A stretch of 64,000 nt of DNA, taken from positions 8,620,001 to 8,684,000 of the forward strand of contig CM052816.1 in assembly GCA_028534125.1 (NCBI GenBank), read 5' to 3'. This stretch comes from Lama glama (lineage: Eukaryota). A program made the position numbers and the translations under genes. Shown here in pieces: positions 25,776 to 39,305 of the stretch (positions within the stretch are counted from its first letter, which is position 1; the number at the start of each line of letters is the position of its first letter). Below the pieces are notes generated by a model that was given only the letters and a program-made list of their open reading frames with translations, was not told where the DNA came from and did not search any database.

Positions 25776-28541
25776 TTTTACATTTTGACCCCCTCCAAAC
25801 ACACACACACACACACAAAGCACTTGGAAATAGCTCAGGGGAGGCAAAGGCACTGCTGGGCTCCCAGGGCCCTGGGCCCTAGCCCAGCCCCCACTACCTA
25901 TGTGCCACTTTAGGCAATCCTAGGGCAAAGCCCTTGACTAACTCAGCTTTTGTTTCCCACACCCTCCAATCAACAGCTCAAGGAACCACAAAGCAATCTT
26001 TATGGCTGCCATACTGGCTGGATTGTGAGAAGTTTAAATAAGGCTATTTCTAAATAATTCCCAAACTGTTCAAATACGAAGGTTGTAATGGCCAGAGACT
26101 GGCATGGGCTGAGGAGCCCAGCAAAGCAAGATTGCCAGAGGCCTTTGTAACTGCTTCAGAGGCTGCACTGGTCTGGAACCAGCTCCAACTCAAATATATG
26201 CACAAAGAGGAGGCTCCCACCCCACCTTGCAGACCCGGCCTGGCCGTCTTGCCGCCTCCACTGCAGAGATAAGAAAGCAAAGACTCAGAGAGGTTAACAC
26301 AGTCATGTGAACATCAACAGGGTAGTCAAGAATTAACCTCATTAGGCCAACATGAATTCCTGATTCCAAGTGACTCCAAGTGACTAAATTTCTGCCAAAC
26401 TGAGGCTCACGTTACTTTCCAGAGAAAAACATTCTAATTCTAAACATTATAGTAACAATGTGGGACTTCTGGGGGCTATGGGCACACTAGCTAGCCATCA
26501 GCTTGGTACTCTGAATTCTTGACATTGCTCAATTTAAATTTTTGGTTTTAATTATTTGTGAGTGAGCTAGAACACTCATGGCATGTACTGATGTGTCATT
26601 TTGTTGTACCCAAATTTAAATCATAGCGCTGGGAGGCTAGTGTACTGAACTATTAACAGCCAGTAAGTAAGCCCAGCCTGCTGCCCAGCGGCCACATTTC
26701 AACAGTGTAGTTGTCACATGTCATATACCCTGGAATTCTCAGGAGGGAATGTAAAAAAACATTGACTTTCTATGAAATACAGATTCTTGAAAAAGAAGCC
26801 AACTTGGCTTTGTGATGGAAGGGAGGAGTAAAAGAAGTATAATTCCTGTTATTTCTTAAGCCAGAAAACAGAAGCTTTGGATAAACTACAGAGTAAAAGA
26901 TTGGACCTAGTGGGAGCTCAGATTCTAAAAATGATAAGTTCACCTCTTTTTCCAAACAGTAATTTTAAAAAAAGTAATTTATAAAACCATTTTAAGCAAT
27001 CAATGGCAAAAACAATAACAATAACCAAAAAACAAAAACAAAAACAAAAAACCTCTTTGGTATGCAAAAGACCTTTAGAGAATTTGAAAGCATTTGATGT
27101 GTAGTGTGAAGATGTAACCCTTTATGGCGATGGGGTTCTGGAGGAAGACAATTACCCTAGCGAAGTATTCCATACATACAAACTTAGGGCTCAGAAAGGT
27201 TTCCAGCAATTAGTCTAGAGAAAACTGGAGGCCCCTAGGAAGTCTTGCCTCACACCATCAATCTGCTCATGGTTCAATTTTACCTCCACTCCCAGCCCAT
27301 CCCAACTGCGATGTCATGGTGGCCTGATAGCTAGTGGTCAAAATGATCACTGCAAGGAACTGCCTCAGGCTTTCTGTTTTGATTTCATGACACCTTCATT
27401 CATTTATTTATCCAATGGATTGTTACTATGGGCCTGGCTGAGATTACAGTAGAGAATATAGTCATGGACTTTCCTTCAGGAACTCACAGTCTATTCAGGG
27501 ATCAGACACATAAAATACAATATAAGGGTAAGGTCAAGATGTCTTATAGGGCACTAACAGAGCGCTGAGGAAGGGACACTTAAGCCAGATTTGGTAGTCA
27601 GGGAAGACTTCCCATAGGAAGCACTATCAGTGCTGGGACCTGAAGAATGAGTAGAAGTTCATTAAGCAAAGAAAGGAAAGGGAAGAGCCTTCTAGGTAGA
27701 TGGAACAGCATAACCATAAGTCAGGTGTCAACAGTACACAACCAGCTCATGCTGGGCTTTGAACTTCATCCTTGGAGGGCAGTGAGAGCCATGTCTTTAC
27801 AAGGAAAGGTAAAGAAAGCCTATAAAATCTGAATTTCCCTCAGGCCCCGGCTTACACTGCTTCCTCTTAGAGTCCATACCTTCACCCCTATCCTCACCCC
27901 TGAAGAGTGGCATGATGTTATTCTTTTTTGTTTGTTTTCTTCCCAGGCATGAATTGCTCATCCCACATACCCCGATCTCTCTTTTCCTTCTGTCAGCAAA
28001 GAAGTTTGTCTTGCATCGTAATCATTTCTCAGCCAGGGCAGAAATTCAGTTCCTGCACAAATAGGTCTAGGAATGTTAAAGTCCTTTCTAAGGCCAAAGT
28101 CCTTGATGGGGGTACAATGGCTACTCTGAGGTCCTGGGAACCTGCGCATCTGCATCCTCTCCGCGTTTGTTAAAGAGGCAGCCGCCCGGATCCCACCCCA
28201 GGTGTGCGCAGTCCTCACTCAGAGCAGGCCGGCCATGGAATGGGCACCGGCGCCCTAAGTGAGCCTGCTGCTCACTCAGCTTGGAAGCACAGGAGCGGTG
28301 GTCAAGAGCACCGGCTCTGGGGTCGGTTGCCTCCACGGTTCAGTCCCAGCTCTGTTTAACCTTAGGTCAGTTACATCATCTCCCTAAGCCACTGCTTCCT
28401 CCTCTTGAAAATGAGAATAATAATCATAAAACCTACCCGACAGAATTATTGAGAGGAACAGATGAGGTTACGCATGTAACGCACTTGGCACAGAGTCTGG
28501 CATACAGGAAGTGCTTGATAAAGATTAAAGAACAAAAAATG

Positions 28542-28689
28542 ACAGGGAACTATATTCAGTATCTTGTAGTAGCCTATAATGAAAAAGAACATGAAAAGGA
28601 ATATATGTATGTGTACGTATGACTGAAACATTATGCCGTACACCAGAAATTGACACAATGTTGTAAACTGACTACACTTCAGTTTAAAA
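28542..28689 (+). mobile_element. 5'-truncated young L1 3' end with 15-bp TSD
   Basis: L1 3' UTR (cagggaactatattcagtatcttgtagt...tgtaaactgactacacttc) flanked by aaagaacaaaaaatg at 28527-28541 and 28690-28704. Confidence 0.88.
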
Positions 28690-29009
28690 AAAGAACAAAA
28701 AATGGTCATGTCTTAGACTTCAATTTAGTCATAAATGGGCACAGGGCTTAAGACAGCAGACCTGGATAATCGGGGGGCTGGAATTTAGGATTAAACACAC
28801 CTAGAGGAGTGGGCTGGCGCTGAAGGGAGGAGAGGAGGCCTAGGTGCTTCAGACACGTTACTCTGAGAGAAGGGTGAGAGCCAGCAGGCTGGAAAAGCAG
28901 ACCACCTCGGGGCAGCTGAGAAAGGGCTGATACAGGGCCCCAAGTGCACAGCAGAGAGGGTGGAAATGAAATCTCCAGGAAATGTTCAGAGAATCTGATA
29001 GGAAGCTTG

Positions 29010-30010
29010 GCTCCGACAACTCTGGGTAGCAGTCACGATTCTTGCCACTACAAACCAGCCTAAGCAAAAAAACAACAAAAAAATTTGGGGGTCAGGGGGA
29101 GTTCATTTAACTAAAAGGGCAGGGAGTAGCTGAATCCAATTTAAACAATGGCATCAACCAGTCTCCAGTTCTCGGCTCCAGTTCCTTCTGTCTTAGCTTT
29201 GTTCCCGGGCAGGCTTGTTCTCTGCCATGGCGAAAAGTCAACCAGCAGCTCCAATGCAGCTCTGCATGTAGCAACCCCAGGTCAGAGGCAGCACCAGCAC
29301 ACACAGCCACAGCCCCAGCAAAAGTCCTGAGGCTGACATTCATTAGCTGGGCCTGGGTCACATGCCCACCTCTGAACCATTCACTGTGACCAGCAAAATG
29401 GAGCGTTCTGATTAGCCAGGACTGTATCATGGTCTCAATCTGGACTCCAAAACAGCGACTGACTGATCATAAAGGATTCCCGAATAAAATAGGGGCCTTG
29501 ATTCTGGACTAAAGTGTCAACCTGGGAAAATAAAAAAAACACCCACAGGAATCCAGTTTGAGAGAAGAAGCGTTTATTTGGGATCAGAAAATTGCAATTT
29601 GGGGTGCACAGATTTGAGTAGAAACCCAAATGGTGTGCTGATTACAGGAAATGGCCTCAGGGGTTTTATGGGGAAGAGCAGAGGTAGATGAGGTAAGCTG
29701 TTTTTCAAGAGGGGTTCACTGGAGCAAAATGAGGTAATTGATCAGGTGAAGCGTTCATTGATGAAAGATGAGGTAAAGCTAGATTTGGACTTCACTGGTC
29801 AGGTGAAGTCTTGACCAGGTAAAAGTTCACGGATCGGTCCTCTCAACAGGACATTCTGGTTTCTCTGCTGACTTGGAATGTTGGTGGTTTGGTCCAGTTC
29901 AGAGGTATAGGAAACAGGATGAGAAAGGCAGTTTTCCTGGAACGCCAGCTCTATTTTAAATGGTTCCACTCATGCCATCTTTCACAAAGGAATGAGGACA
30001 AGTACAAGAG
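29010..30010. mobile_element. MLT1-type LTR interrupted by a probable ERV solo LTR (~29515-29986)
   Basis: MLT1 motifs (cattagctgggcctgggtcacatgcccacctctgaaccattcactgtgacc) followed by a TG...CA-bounded block with LTR-like text; family uncertain. Confidence 0.5.
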
Positions 30011-31041
30011 GTGTCCTCAGGTTGTCCATGTGCACATGAGACACCCCTGCCGCCAGATATCTCCAGAGCCAAGTACTTGGGCACCTGAGCATCCATATAG
30101 TTCTGCTGCAGCCACCACAGGCTTGGTCCCAGGCAGAGGGTTCTAGCAGCAGTGGATGGCAGCTGGGAGCAGTCCTTCCCCACAGAGAGTGGCGACACCA
30201 CAGATGGTGTTTGCTGAAAAGGCAGTTCTGGGAAGAATCAGGCTCAGCTGGTTTGTACAAGCCCCTAGCTAGATCCCCCTAGTGTGCTTCAGGAGAGGCT
30301 GTAAAGGACAAAAACTTGGGGCCCTTATCAGGGAAGGAGAGTGGGAGACTTCAAAATGCCTCTAGCCCTCCAGGGGCTAGGACTCCTCAACCACAGCGCC
30401 CAAAGACGAGGGGGAGCTGGCAGCCTTGGGCTGAGAGGGCATTAGGATGGTGTTTCTGACACTCTTGCCCTTCTCCCTCCCTTCTTCCCAGGCAATTCTC
30501 CGCCCCAACCAGAGCACCTTCTGAACCATGCAGTCCTCTGAGTGCCTTCACTCCCAACACTTGTGTTCACTCACTAACCAGATTAGTACCTAGACTGGGC
30601 CACGCCCTGTGCCAGAAGCTACAGTGAGTCGCAGTGCATAGCCCACAACCTTACGAAACACACAGCTCTAGAAACTGTGCGTTCTTTATTAATAATTGCA
30701 CAAGTTACACATGCAGTGATTCTCCTCCTAAAATATTTCAAAAATATCTTTACTACAGAGGCCACCTGAATCCACTCTCCCCAGCCAGCCACTCCCTCAG
30801 AGTAACCTCAGTTATACATTTGATGTGTATCTGTTGAAACATTTTTCTACACGTGTACATCCTGGTATAGTCACTTGCAAAAGCATACAGCTTTTGTTTT
30901 GATGATATTTTTAAAAAAAGGTCCAAAAGGGTACACCATGAGAATTCTCCCTCCTACTCCACTCCCCAGCTGCTCCATCCCCTCTCAGAGCAGCCAGACC
31001 GGGTCATCAGTTCCCAGTGCTTCCTCGCAGATAAGTTAGAC

Positions 31042-31392
31042 GAGGAGTCAGCAAACCTTGTCTGGAAAGGGCCCAATCATAAATATTTTAGACTCATAAG
31101 CCTCAAAGAGGACTTACAGTCTCATCACAACTACTCAACGCTCTGCCCTTGTTTTCAGAAAGCAGCCATCGACAACATACTAATTAATGAGCACAGCTAT
31201 ATGCCAATAAACTTCATTTATGGACATCAAAATCTGAATTTCATATCATTTTTATGTGTAATGAAACATATATTATTCTTTTGATTGTTTTTCAACTATT
31301 AAAAAAAATCTAAACACCATTCTTGGCTTGTTCGCTATACCAAAGCAGGCAGTAGGCTGGATTTGGCCTGTGGACTGAAGTTTGCTGGCCCT
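31042..31392. mobile_element. hAT-Charlie DNA transposon (MER58-like)
   Basis: gtcagcaaacc...aagggccc...aaatattttag...ggctggatttggcctgtggactgaagtttgctggccc; the termini are roughly inverted. Confidence 0.75.
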
Positions 31393-31975
31393 AGTCTATG
31401 CACCCACAAAAAAACAAGCACACAACATTCTTTCCTCTCTTTTTCACATAAGGGGAGCAAGCTAGACACATTGTTCTGTATCTTGATTTTCACACTTTGT
31501 GAATAATGTCTTAAAGATCATGCCACATGAGTTCACACAGAACTTCAGTTTTGCCTTTGGCATAATAATTGCATTTTATTTCATGATAGCACATTTACCA
31601 TAATTTCCTTAGCCCATCACTTACTGATCGGTATTTAGGTTTTCTCTTACTATTATAAAATTCCTTTGATAACTATGTAAATTTAAAAAGCTAAAGATAT
31701 AATCTGTTCTTAGAAACAGTAATTAGTACATATTATGTAAACTAAAAAAAGTGCAGTATACTGTATATACGTATTTACATGCAATATAATGTGTATGTGC
31801 AGTTAAAATGTAATAATTCTACCTAATAAAACTGAAAAAGGAGAAAAAAATCAAAAAATTTTTAAATTAAAAATTTAAAAATTTTAAAAAATAGATGTTT
31901 TCCCCTTTAAGGTTTTAAAAGGTGAAAAAAAAGTTTCATAGAAAAATCCTTTACATATTTGTGTGGGTGTGTTTT

Positions 31976-32718
31976 TTTTCTTTTTCTTTATTTTATTTTA
32001 TTTTTTATTGAAGTGTAGTTGATTTGCTATGTTAGTTTTAGGTGTACAGTAAAGCAATTCAGTTATCCACATACATTTTTTTCAGATCCTTTCCCCTTAT
32101 ATGTTAGTACAAAAAATTGAATATAGTTCCCTGTGCTATACAGTAGATTCTTGTTGTTCATCTATTTTATATATAGTAATACGTATCTGTTAATCCTAAA
32201 CTCCTAATTTATCCCTCCTGCCCTTTCCCCTTTGGTAACCATAGTTTGTTTTCTATGTCAGAGTCTATTTTTGGTCTGTAAATAAAATTTGTATGATTTC
32301 TTTGATTCCACATATAAGTGATATCATGTAATATTTGTCTTTCTCTGTCTAACTTACTTCACTTCATATGATAATCTCTAGGTCCATCCATGTTGCTGCA
32401 AATGGCATTATTTCATTCTTTTTTATGGCTAAGTAATATTCCATTGTGTGTGCGTGTGTGTGCGCGTGTGTGTGTGTGTATACACACCACATCTTCTTTA
32501 TCCAGTCATCTGTGGATGGACATTTAGGCTGTTTCCATGTCTTGGCTATTGTAAATAGTGCTGCTATGAACACTGGGGTGCATGTGTCTTTTCAATTACA
32601 GTTTTCTCTGGATATATTCCCAGGAGTGGGACTGCTGGATCAAACGGTAGCTCTATTTTTAGTTTTTTAAGGAAACTCCATACTGTCCTCCATAGTGGCT
32701 GCACCAATTTTCATTCCC
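31976..32718 (-). mobile_element. Young L1 3' end (ORF2 C-terminus) with 16-bp TSD
   Basis: ORF 32364-32573 ([29 protein letters not shown]) is the L1 ORF2 C-terminus; TSD tgtgtgggtgtgtttt at 31960-31975 and 32719-32734. Confidence 0.92.
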
Positions 32719-32734
32719 TGTGTGGGTGTGTTTT

Positions 32735-33920
32735 GAGCTTTACTGAGATATAATTCATATACCATACAACTTATCCATTTTAAGTGTACAATTAAATGGC
32801 TTTTAGTGTATTTACAGAGCTGTGCACACAGTAGCACAATCAATTTTAGAACACTGTCATTACTCTCCAGTAAGCCCCTTACTCCTTAGTTGTCATCCCT
32901 CCAAGTTCTAGGCAACCACTGATCTACTTTCTGTTTCTCTTGATTTGCCTATTTTGGGTATTTATATGGAATCATAAAATGTCATCTTCTGTGACTTAGC
33001 ATAAGGTTTTCGAGGTCAATCCATATTTTAGCATGTTATTAGTATTTCAGTTCCTTTCGTTGCAGAATAATATTTTATTGTATGGCTATACCACAGTTTA
33101 TTTATCCATTCATCAGCTTACGAACATTTCAGTTGTTTCCACCTTGGGGTTATTATGAATAATGTTGCTATGAACATTTGCGTACATGTTTCTGTGTAAA
33201 CGTATGTTTCCATTTCTCCTGGTTATCTGTCTAGGAGTAGAATTGCTGGGTCAGATGGCAACTTTATGTTTAACCATTTGAAGAACTGTCAGAATGCTTT
33301 CCAAACTAGCTGCAACATTTTACATTCCCAGCAGCAATGTATGAGGATCCCAACTTCTCCACAGCCTTGCCAAACTTTGTCATTATCTGTCTTTTTTATT
33401 ACAGCCATCCCAGTGGGTGTGAAGCAGTATTTCATTGTAGTGCCTGTGTATATTTAACCAAGTATATTGTTCTGAGATAAAAATTAGTTCTATATCTTGG
33501 CCTTTTCCCCATATATACATACATATATACATGTAGATCTTTGTGATTTTTTTAAATGCTACATAGAATGCCAGAGCATAACTGAAGCCCAGTTTAACCA
33601 CTCCCTCTTGATGGCTATCTAGGCTGTTTCCAACTTTTTATCAGTACAAACAGCACAGCAATGCACATTCTTGTTTTACCTCCTTGTGCACAGAGCAAGC
33701 ATTTCTTGAGGATAGTCTCAGAAGTGGAATTGCTGGATATAGGGGTAAGCACATTTAAATTTCTGGAAAATATTACAAACTACTCTCTGAAAAAGCTCTA
33801 CCAATTTGCACTGCACCAGTAGGGTATGAGTGCTCATTTCAGTACATCCATACCAGCCCTGGCTATTAACCCTTTTACTGGGCCAAAAAGCAACTTGTTT
33901 TCATTTGCATTAGCCTCATC
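32735..33920 (-). mobile_element. Older L1M-type 3' fragments
   Basis: gctttactgagatataattcatataccatacaac...gaattgctgggtcagatggcaactttatgtttaacc, then a second, more degenerate copy. Confidence 0.8.
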
Positions 33921-35099
33921 CTCAAGAGGTTGACTACAGGGCTGTATTCCAACCTGTGGCTCCCCTTCCTCCTCTTTGGCACCAGGCTGCTGCCCCTCCA
34001 TCTCTGTGTATTCCATGCTGCCCAGCACAGGGCTGAGTGCAGCAGCTACTGATAAATTTTGGAATCAGGCACTGTGATTTTTGCAGTCCTATGTGGAAAA
34101 ATACGTTCTGAGACCCTACAAAATTCTACAGTGTCTTAGTTCTCCAAGATTTAATTGCAGATGTTAGAGCTTCTATCTGAGGTGTGCTGCCTTCTAAGCC
34201 TGAAAGAATTCAGGAATCCTTGACTCCTGGTCTAGGGAGCAATTTATTAGCAAACAGCAGAATGACTTAAATACCTAGTCAAGCTGGAACATGAGAGTCT
34301 TTCAAAACAGGGCCCAGGATCCTGGGAAGCAGGAAACCTCTTCTGCTGGAAACTTCCTGATACCATCATGCAAACAGAATGGGGAGAAAGCCTTAGGGGT
34401 CATTTAAAGCTGTCCAACTATACAAACTAGGAGACTGAGACCCCAGCTGGGAAGTGACTTGCTCCAGGTCACACAGCTAGTAGAGAGCAGAGCTGTGAGT
34501 GCAGCCCAGGTTCTGATTCCAGGTCAGTGCTCTTTCCTCAAAATGTGTGGAATCAGAGGATTTGCCTCTACACCCCTCCCCAAGCTCCTCTGCTCCTACT
34601 GGAGAGCATCACCTTTCTCAGAAGGCAGCACAGAGTGGGAATGAAGGGCTCTGGTTTTTGAAACAAACAGCTTTGGATTCAAATCCCAGCTCTGCCACCA
34701 AGGTCTAGTTACTTTACTCTTTGACCCTCAGTGTCTTCTTTGACGATTAATATTACCTACCTGACAAGATTATAGTTGTAGTTAGTTATTACCTGCCACA
34801 CAGGGTTATATCAGATTTAAATGAGCCAAATACAGAAGCACTCATTAAACTGTGCCTTTTTCCACCCCTCAATGCTCCGCCTCTTGGGTGAATCAGCTGC
34901 GAGGGTGTAAAGATTAATTTCTCATAGCGTAGGGAATTCCCAGTTTAGACTCCACATAGTTGGGTGGATCATGTGTCCCCCACTTTGGTATTTCATTTGG
35001 ATTTGGCTAGAGTTGCCACCTCCCAAGTCACTCCTTTATTAAACCACTGTTCACAGTGGAGGGACTGCCAATCTGGGGAACACTCATCGATAACTGCTG

Positions 35100-35835
35100 A
35101 TCTGGATGAACCCGAGTGGACCTCTGAGTTTTTTCCTTCCCAGCATCCTTTTCCCCTCTGGTAACAGCTCCTGACTTGCCTTTAGTGAACTACGCCTCCT
35201 CACATCTTAGGCCATAGGTGTCAGTGACACTCCCCCTGCCTCCCAATTTTAGGAGCAAAAACATGATCAAGTCTGGCTAACCAACAGAATATATACCCTG
35301 GCTCCAGGGAGTGACTGGTTCAGCAATAAGCATGTCACTTAACAGAGTCAAGGGAGAGTCAGCCCTGGGAATCCTTCTGCTGGAAATCCTTGAGAATTTC
35401 TAGCAATTTCCAATTGGGAAGTGCTAAGTTGGTAAGACATAAGCCTGGGGATGCTGGTGACCTCTGCATAGGAAGAACCTACCTGAGGATAAAGCAGGCA
35501 AAGGCGAGCAGAAGAAGAGACTGAGACAGACCAAGTACCAATGACACCTATCCCCTGGGTCCAGCCATGCCTGAATTTAGAGCTAAATATTTCAGTTATA
35601 TGAGTCAATAAATTCCCTTTTTGTCCAGTACAGGGACTATAGCCAATATTTTATAATGACTTTAGATGAAGTATAATCTCTAAAAATATTGAATCACTAT
35701 ATTGCACACCTGAAAATAATACAATATTGTAAATTAACTATACTTCAATCCATCAGTCGATCAACTCCCTTTTTTTGCTTAAGCCACTTTGGAGTGGGTT
35801 TTGTTATGTGCAATTCAAAAAGTGCTGACTACATG
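35100..35835. mobile_element. MLT1-type LTR with a short nested L1 3' fragment (~35625-35750)
   Basis: MLT1 motifs (gtgactggttcagcaataagcatg; gttatatgagtcaataaattcccttttt...gcttaagccactttggagtgggtttt) split by an L1 tail (gaatcactatattgcacacctgaaa). Confidence 0.65.
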
Positions 35836-37582
35836 GGACATCTAAGGTGCCTTCCCACCCAGAGACTGGGATTCCAGGTTCCTTTTGGATCCTACTTCTA
35901 CCAGACAATGATCTTCAAAGAGTTTCCAGAATTGAGCAACAGCACTCTCAGAGATCACTTAGTGCCAACCTCTCCTTATTTATGCAGGGAGACCTGGGGG
36001 TCAAGGAAGGGTGAGAGCATGTCCTGAGTCATGCATACAACAAAGCCAACAGGATATCAGCCCTTGGCTCTGTCAATAAATACACCCACACGAGTGGGTG
36101 ATAATAGCTGGCAGTGCAGTGCCAAAACACTGACAGGTCTCCTCAAGGACACGCACACAGGGACAGGGGCTCCCTCCTTCAGCACGAAAAAGAGAGTTAC
36201 TGTACCTCAGTTTCTCTAATTGCAATTGAACAAACACACAGATAAATGCTGTTTTTATCATAAATGGAGTGTATGGAAATGGGGAAAAATTTTTTCAGGG
36301 GACAAATATGAGCAAAAAGGAAAATGAAGCCACTTGCACTAAAACTGACAACAACTGGGGAGCATATTTCTTTGCGTTTGCTTTATCTATGAAGATTTAT
36401 ATCGGGTAAGGTGGAGACTTACTCTGGGGGACCCAAACTATCCTCCTCAGGAATGAACTGGGATGAGTCTTGGGAGTGAAAAAGGGAAGAGGCTTCTACC
36501 AGACAGGGTTCTTGGTGTGAACACCAGAAATTAGAGAACAGGGGATTTTTTTGGAAGGCCAATGGAAGCTTACACAACTGATGAAAGACTAGAAGAGCAG
36601 GTCTGGTCAGCAGGAATTAAGGAAACTCTGAAGGTCAAGAAGCAGAAAGCAAGAAAAGCAGTCATTCCCCTTAACAGAGAAATAGGTCAGGATGCTATCA
36701 ATGACCCACAACTGCTATTCCCTTGTCCTTGCCAGAGTTAAAGTCCTGGGAAAAGAGCATTTCAGATCACGTGTTCCCCACTGTTCCACAGGTGAGTAGA
36801 GGAGGGATCTGACCTCTTTGAGTTCAACTGGAGGAGACCAGCAATGGGAGGAAGGAGCCAAGAAGTACCCTAGCTCCAAGACAGTTGGGGAGAGGCAATT
36901 CTCTTAATGAAACCAGGGTGTTTTTAGTCGGGGGAAGGGCTAGTGTACAGCCCCAAACCAAGAGCTACCTATTAGTGAGCCTAGAGAGGGCAAGAGCTCT
37001 GGTCTACTGCTTCTAGGGCTAGTGTATCACTGAGCCTGCAAACTGGTCCCAACCCACTACCCTAGCACACTGTTGGTACACTTGGGAAATAAAGAAACCA
37101 TGTTTGAGTGTGTGGACATAAAGAGCTATAATGCTGAGTGTCCAGGTCTATGTGTCATGGAGAATCCCCTGGAGAAGCAACTGTAGGACCAGCCTAATGA
37201 AATGTGCCTTGATCAATAAAGTGGTTTCTTTAGAGGACAGGGGCTTTACCTGGGGCTAGTTAGTGTTGACAGTGTTTCTAGGCTCCTGGAGATGTGATGG
37301 TGGAGGAGCGCTGCCTCTAGGCAACCAAGCTGCCCCTTTCAACAGTGCCCTCATGTGGCAGTCTCAGCAACTGCAGGATACACAATGGTCAGGTTTCTAG
37401 GTTTTTCTTCTTCAGGAGATGGCAACTAGAACTGCCTCTTTGGACCAAATAACTGCTCTGAGAGTTATCCTGGAAGGGAAGACCCCAAGTTGAGAAGAGA
37501 GTCATTCTCAGAAGAGGTGGGATGGGAACTCAAGCCATTCAATTTCAGTAATAAAAACCGTGTAACATAGCATCCTACTGGC

Positions 37583-37675
37583 AGGGAGGGTAATAGCTCA
37601 GTGACAGAGTACATACTTAGCATGCATGAGGTCCTGGGTTCAATCCCCAGGACCTCCAATTAAAAACAAAAAATC
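37583..37675 (+). mobile_element. tRNA-derived camelid SINE (Vic-1-like)
   Basis: gggagggtaatagctcagtgacagagtacatacttagcatgcatgaggtcctgggttcaatccccag plus A tail. Confidence 0.85.
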
Positions 37676-38964
37676 CATAGCATTCTTCTACATAAAGACT
37701 GATTCACCAGGATCTTTTGGATACTGATCTCCTACTGGCTATAATCCATCCAGCTGTCCTTGAATCTGTCTCACAGTTTTCCAACACATGTAACCACGAG
37801 GATATCATACATTTGCTTGTCCACTGCCTTGCTCAAGTTCAGGCATACTGTGTCACTATCATTTACTTGTCAAAGACGGACTTTAGGGGCTCATTTATTG
37901 AAGGGAAGTGAAGGAACTAGATCCCCGACCTTCAGTGTCCCCTTTGATTCTGGGGGTGGTTTGTAGGAGACTCACATTGCACCGGGAGTCCAGAGTCTTG
38001 ATCCTTGGCTCCAGATTGGCCATTAACTTGCTGAGTGACCTTGAGCAAGTTGCTGGAGCTCTTTGAGCCCCACACCCCTCCTCAGGCAAATAATCTCCAT
38101 GGTGCCCACCTCAGGGCTGCTCACTGGTTTGAAGGAAGTTAACACTGCAGAAACCTAGAAAAGACAAAATAAATAAATCATTATTAACAACAAGTGATGT
38201 GGGGAGATTTTCTGCTGCAGTATTGGCTTTCTCGTGTCTGCAGAGTTGAGGAACTTGGAAACAGGGCTCTGGTTCAGAAAAACAGCTGTTAAGGCGTCTT
38301 TCTGCATGTGTGTACATGTGTCTGCAACTCGCTCTGACTCTGTGTCTCTCTCTGTGTGTCCCTCTGTCTCTCTCTCTCTCCCCTTCCTCCACTCCTCTCC
38401 TACCTTTTCCCAGTCTTAGCCAGGCCAGAGCTGAAGTGTTTTCACAAGTGACAGCTCAGGACCCTTTTAAAGCAGGTCTGCCTTCCCATAATGGCTGTGG
38501 TTAGAAGATCAGGCCATGTTGAGACAGCCTCTGGGTTTTTCTGGCTTCAGGCTTGAAAGGCAGAGCATTTTAGTCTCTTGCAAGTCCCAATTAAACAGAA
38601 CTTCAGTGGCAGATCAGGGAACAGAAGCCCCAGGCTGCTGTATTAGGCTCCTGGGGAAGGAGAAGGGCCGGGAAAGGTAGCAGGGGTGGGAATCTGCCAG
38701 CACTTGGTTACTCGTGGTTTCAGGCCAAGGCAGGCAGCACTGATACCACCCGCTCAGCCCTGCTTCCTGCCCACCTCTGGCCTCTGCCAGCTTTCTGCCT
38801 CTGCAACCTCCAAGGTTCAACACAAACCGGGGTGTGGATCCTGACTCTCTCACCTGCTACGTAACCTACAGCAAGTCATTAACCTCTTTCAACTGGATTT
38901 CTTTGGAAAATGGAGATGATAAGAGGTAAGCTGTAAGGATCAGGTTGAACAATTGCATAGCACA

Positions 38965-39305
38965 GAGTGGGAGCCAGCAAATTATGGGCTATAGACCAAA
39001 CTTGGCTCACTCCCTGGTTTTGTATGACCTGCAAGCTAAGAATGGATTTTATATTTCTAAATGGTTGGGGGCGGGGCGGGAATCAAAAGAAGAGCAGTAT
39101 TTCATAACATTGAGCATGATATGAAATTCAAATTTCAGTGCCTCTAAAGTTTTATTGGCACACAGTCAAACCCAATCATTTATGTATTTTCTAGCGCTGC
39201 TTTTACACTCTAGTGACAGCTGAGTAGTGGGGACCAAGACTGTATATGGCACTCAATACCTAAAATACTATCTCATCCTTTACAGAAAAAGTGTGCCTAC
39301 CCTTG
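38965..39305. mobile_element. hAT-Charlie DNA transposon (MER58-like), opposite orientation to the 31-kb copy
   Basis: cagcaaattatgggc...atatgaaattcaaatttcagtg...cctttacagaaaaagtgtgcctacccttg; internal text is the reverse complement of 31042-31392. Confidence 0.75.

Noticed and set aside
38036..38044. TGACCTTGA ERR motif
   Set aside because: It lies in a MIR core, where this motif is part of the repeat consensus; no independent support.
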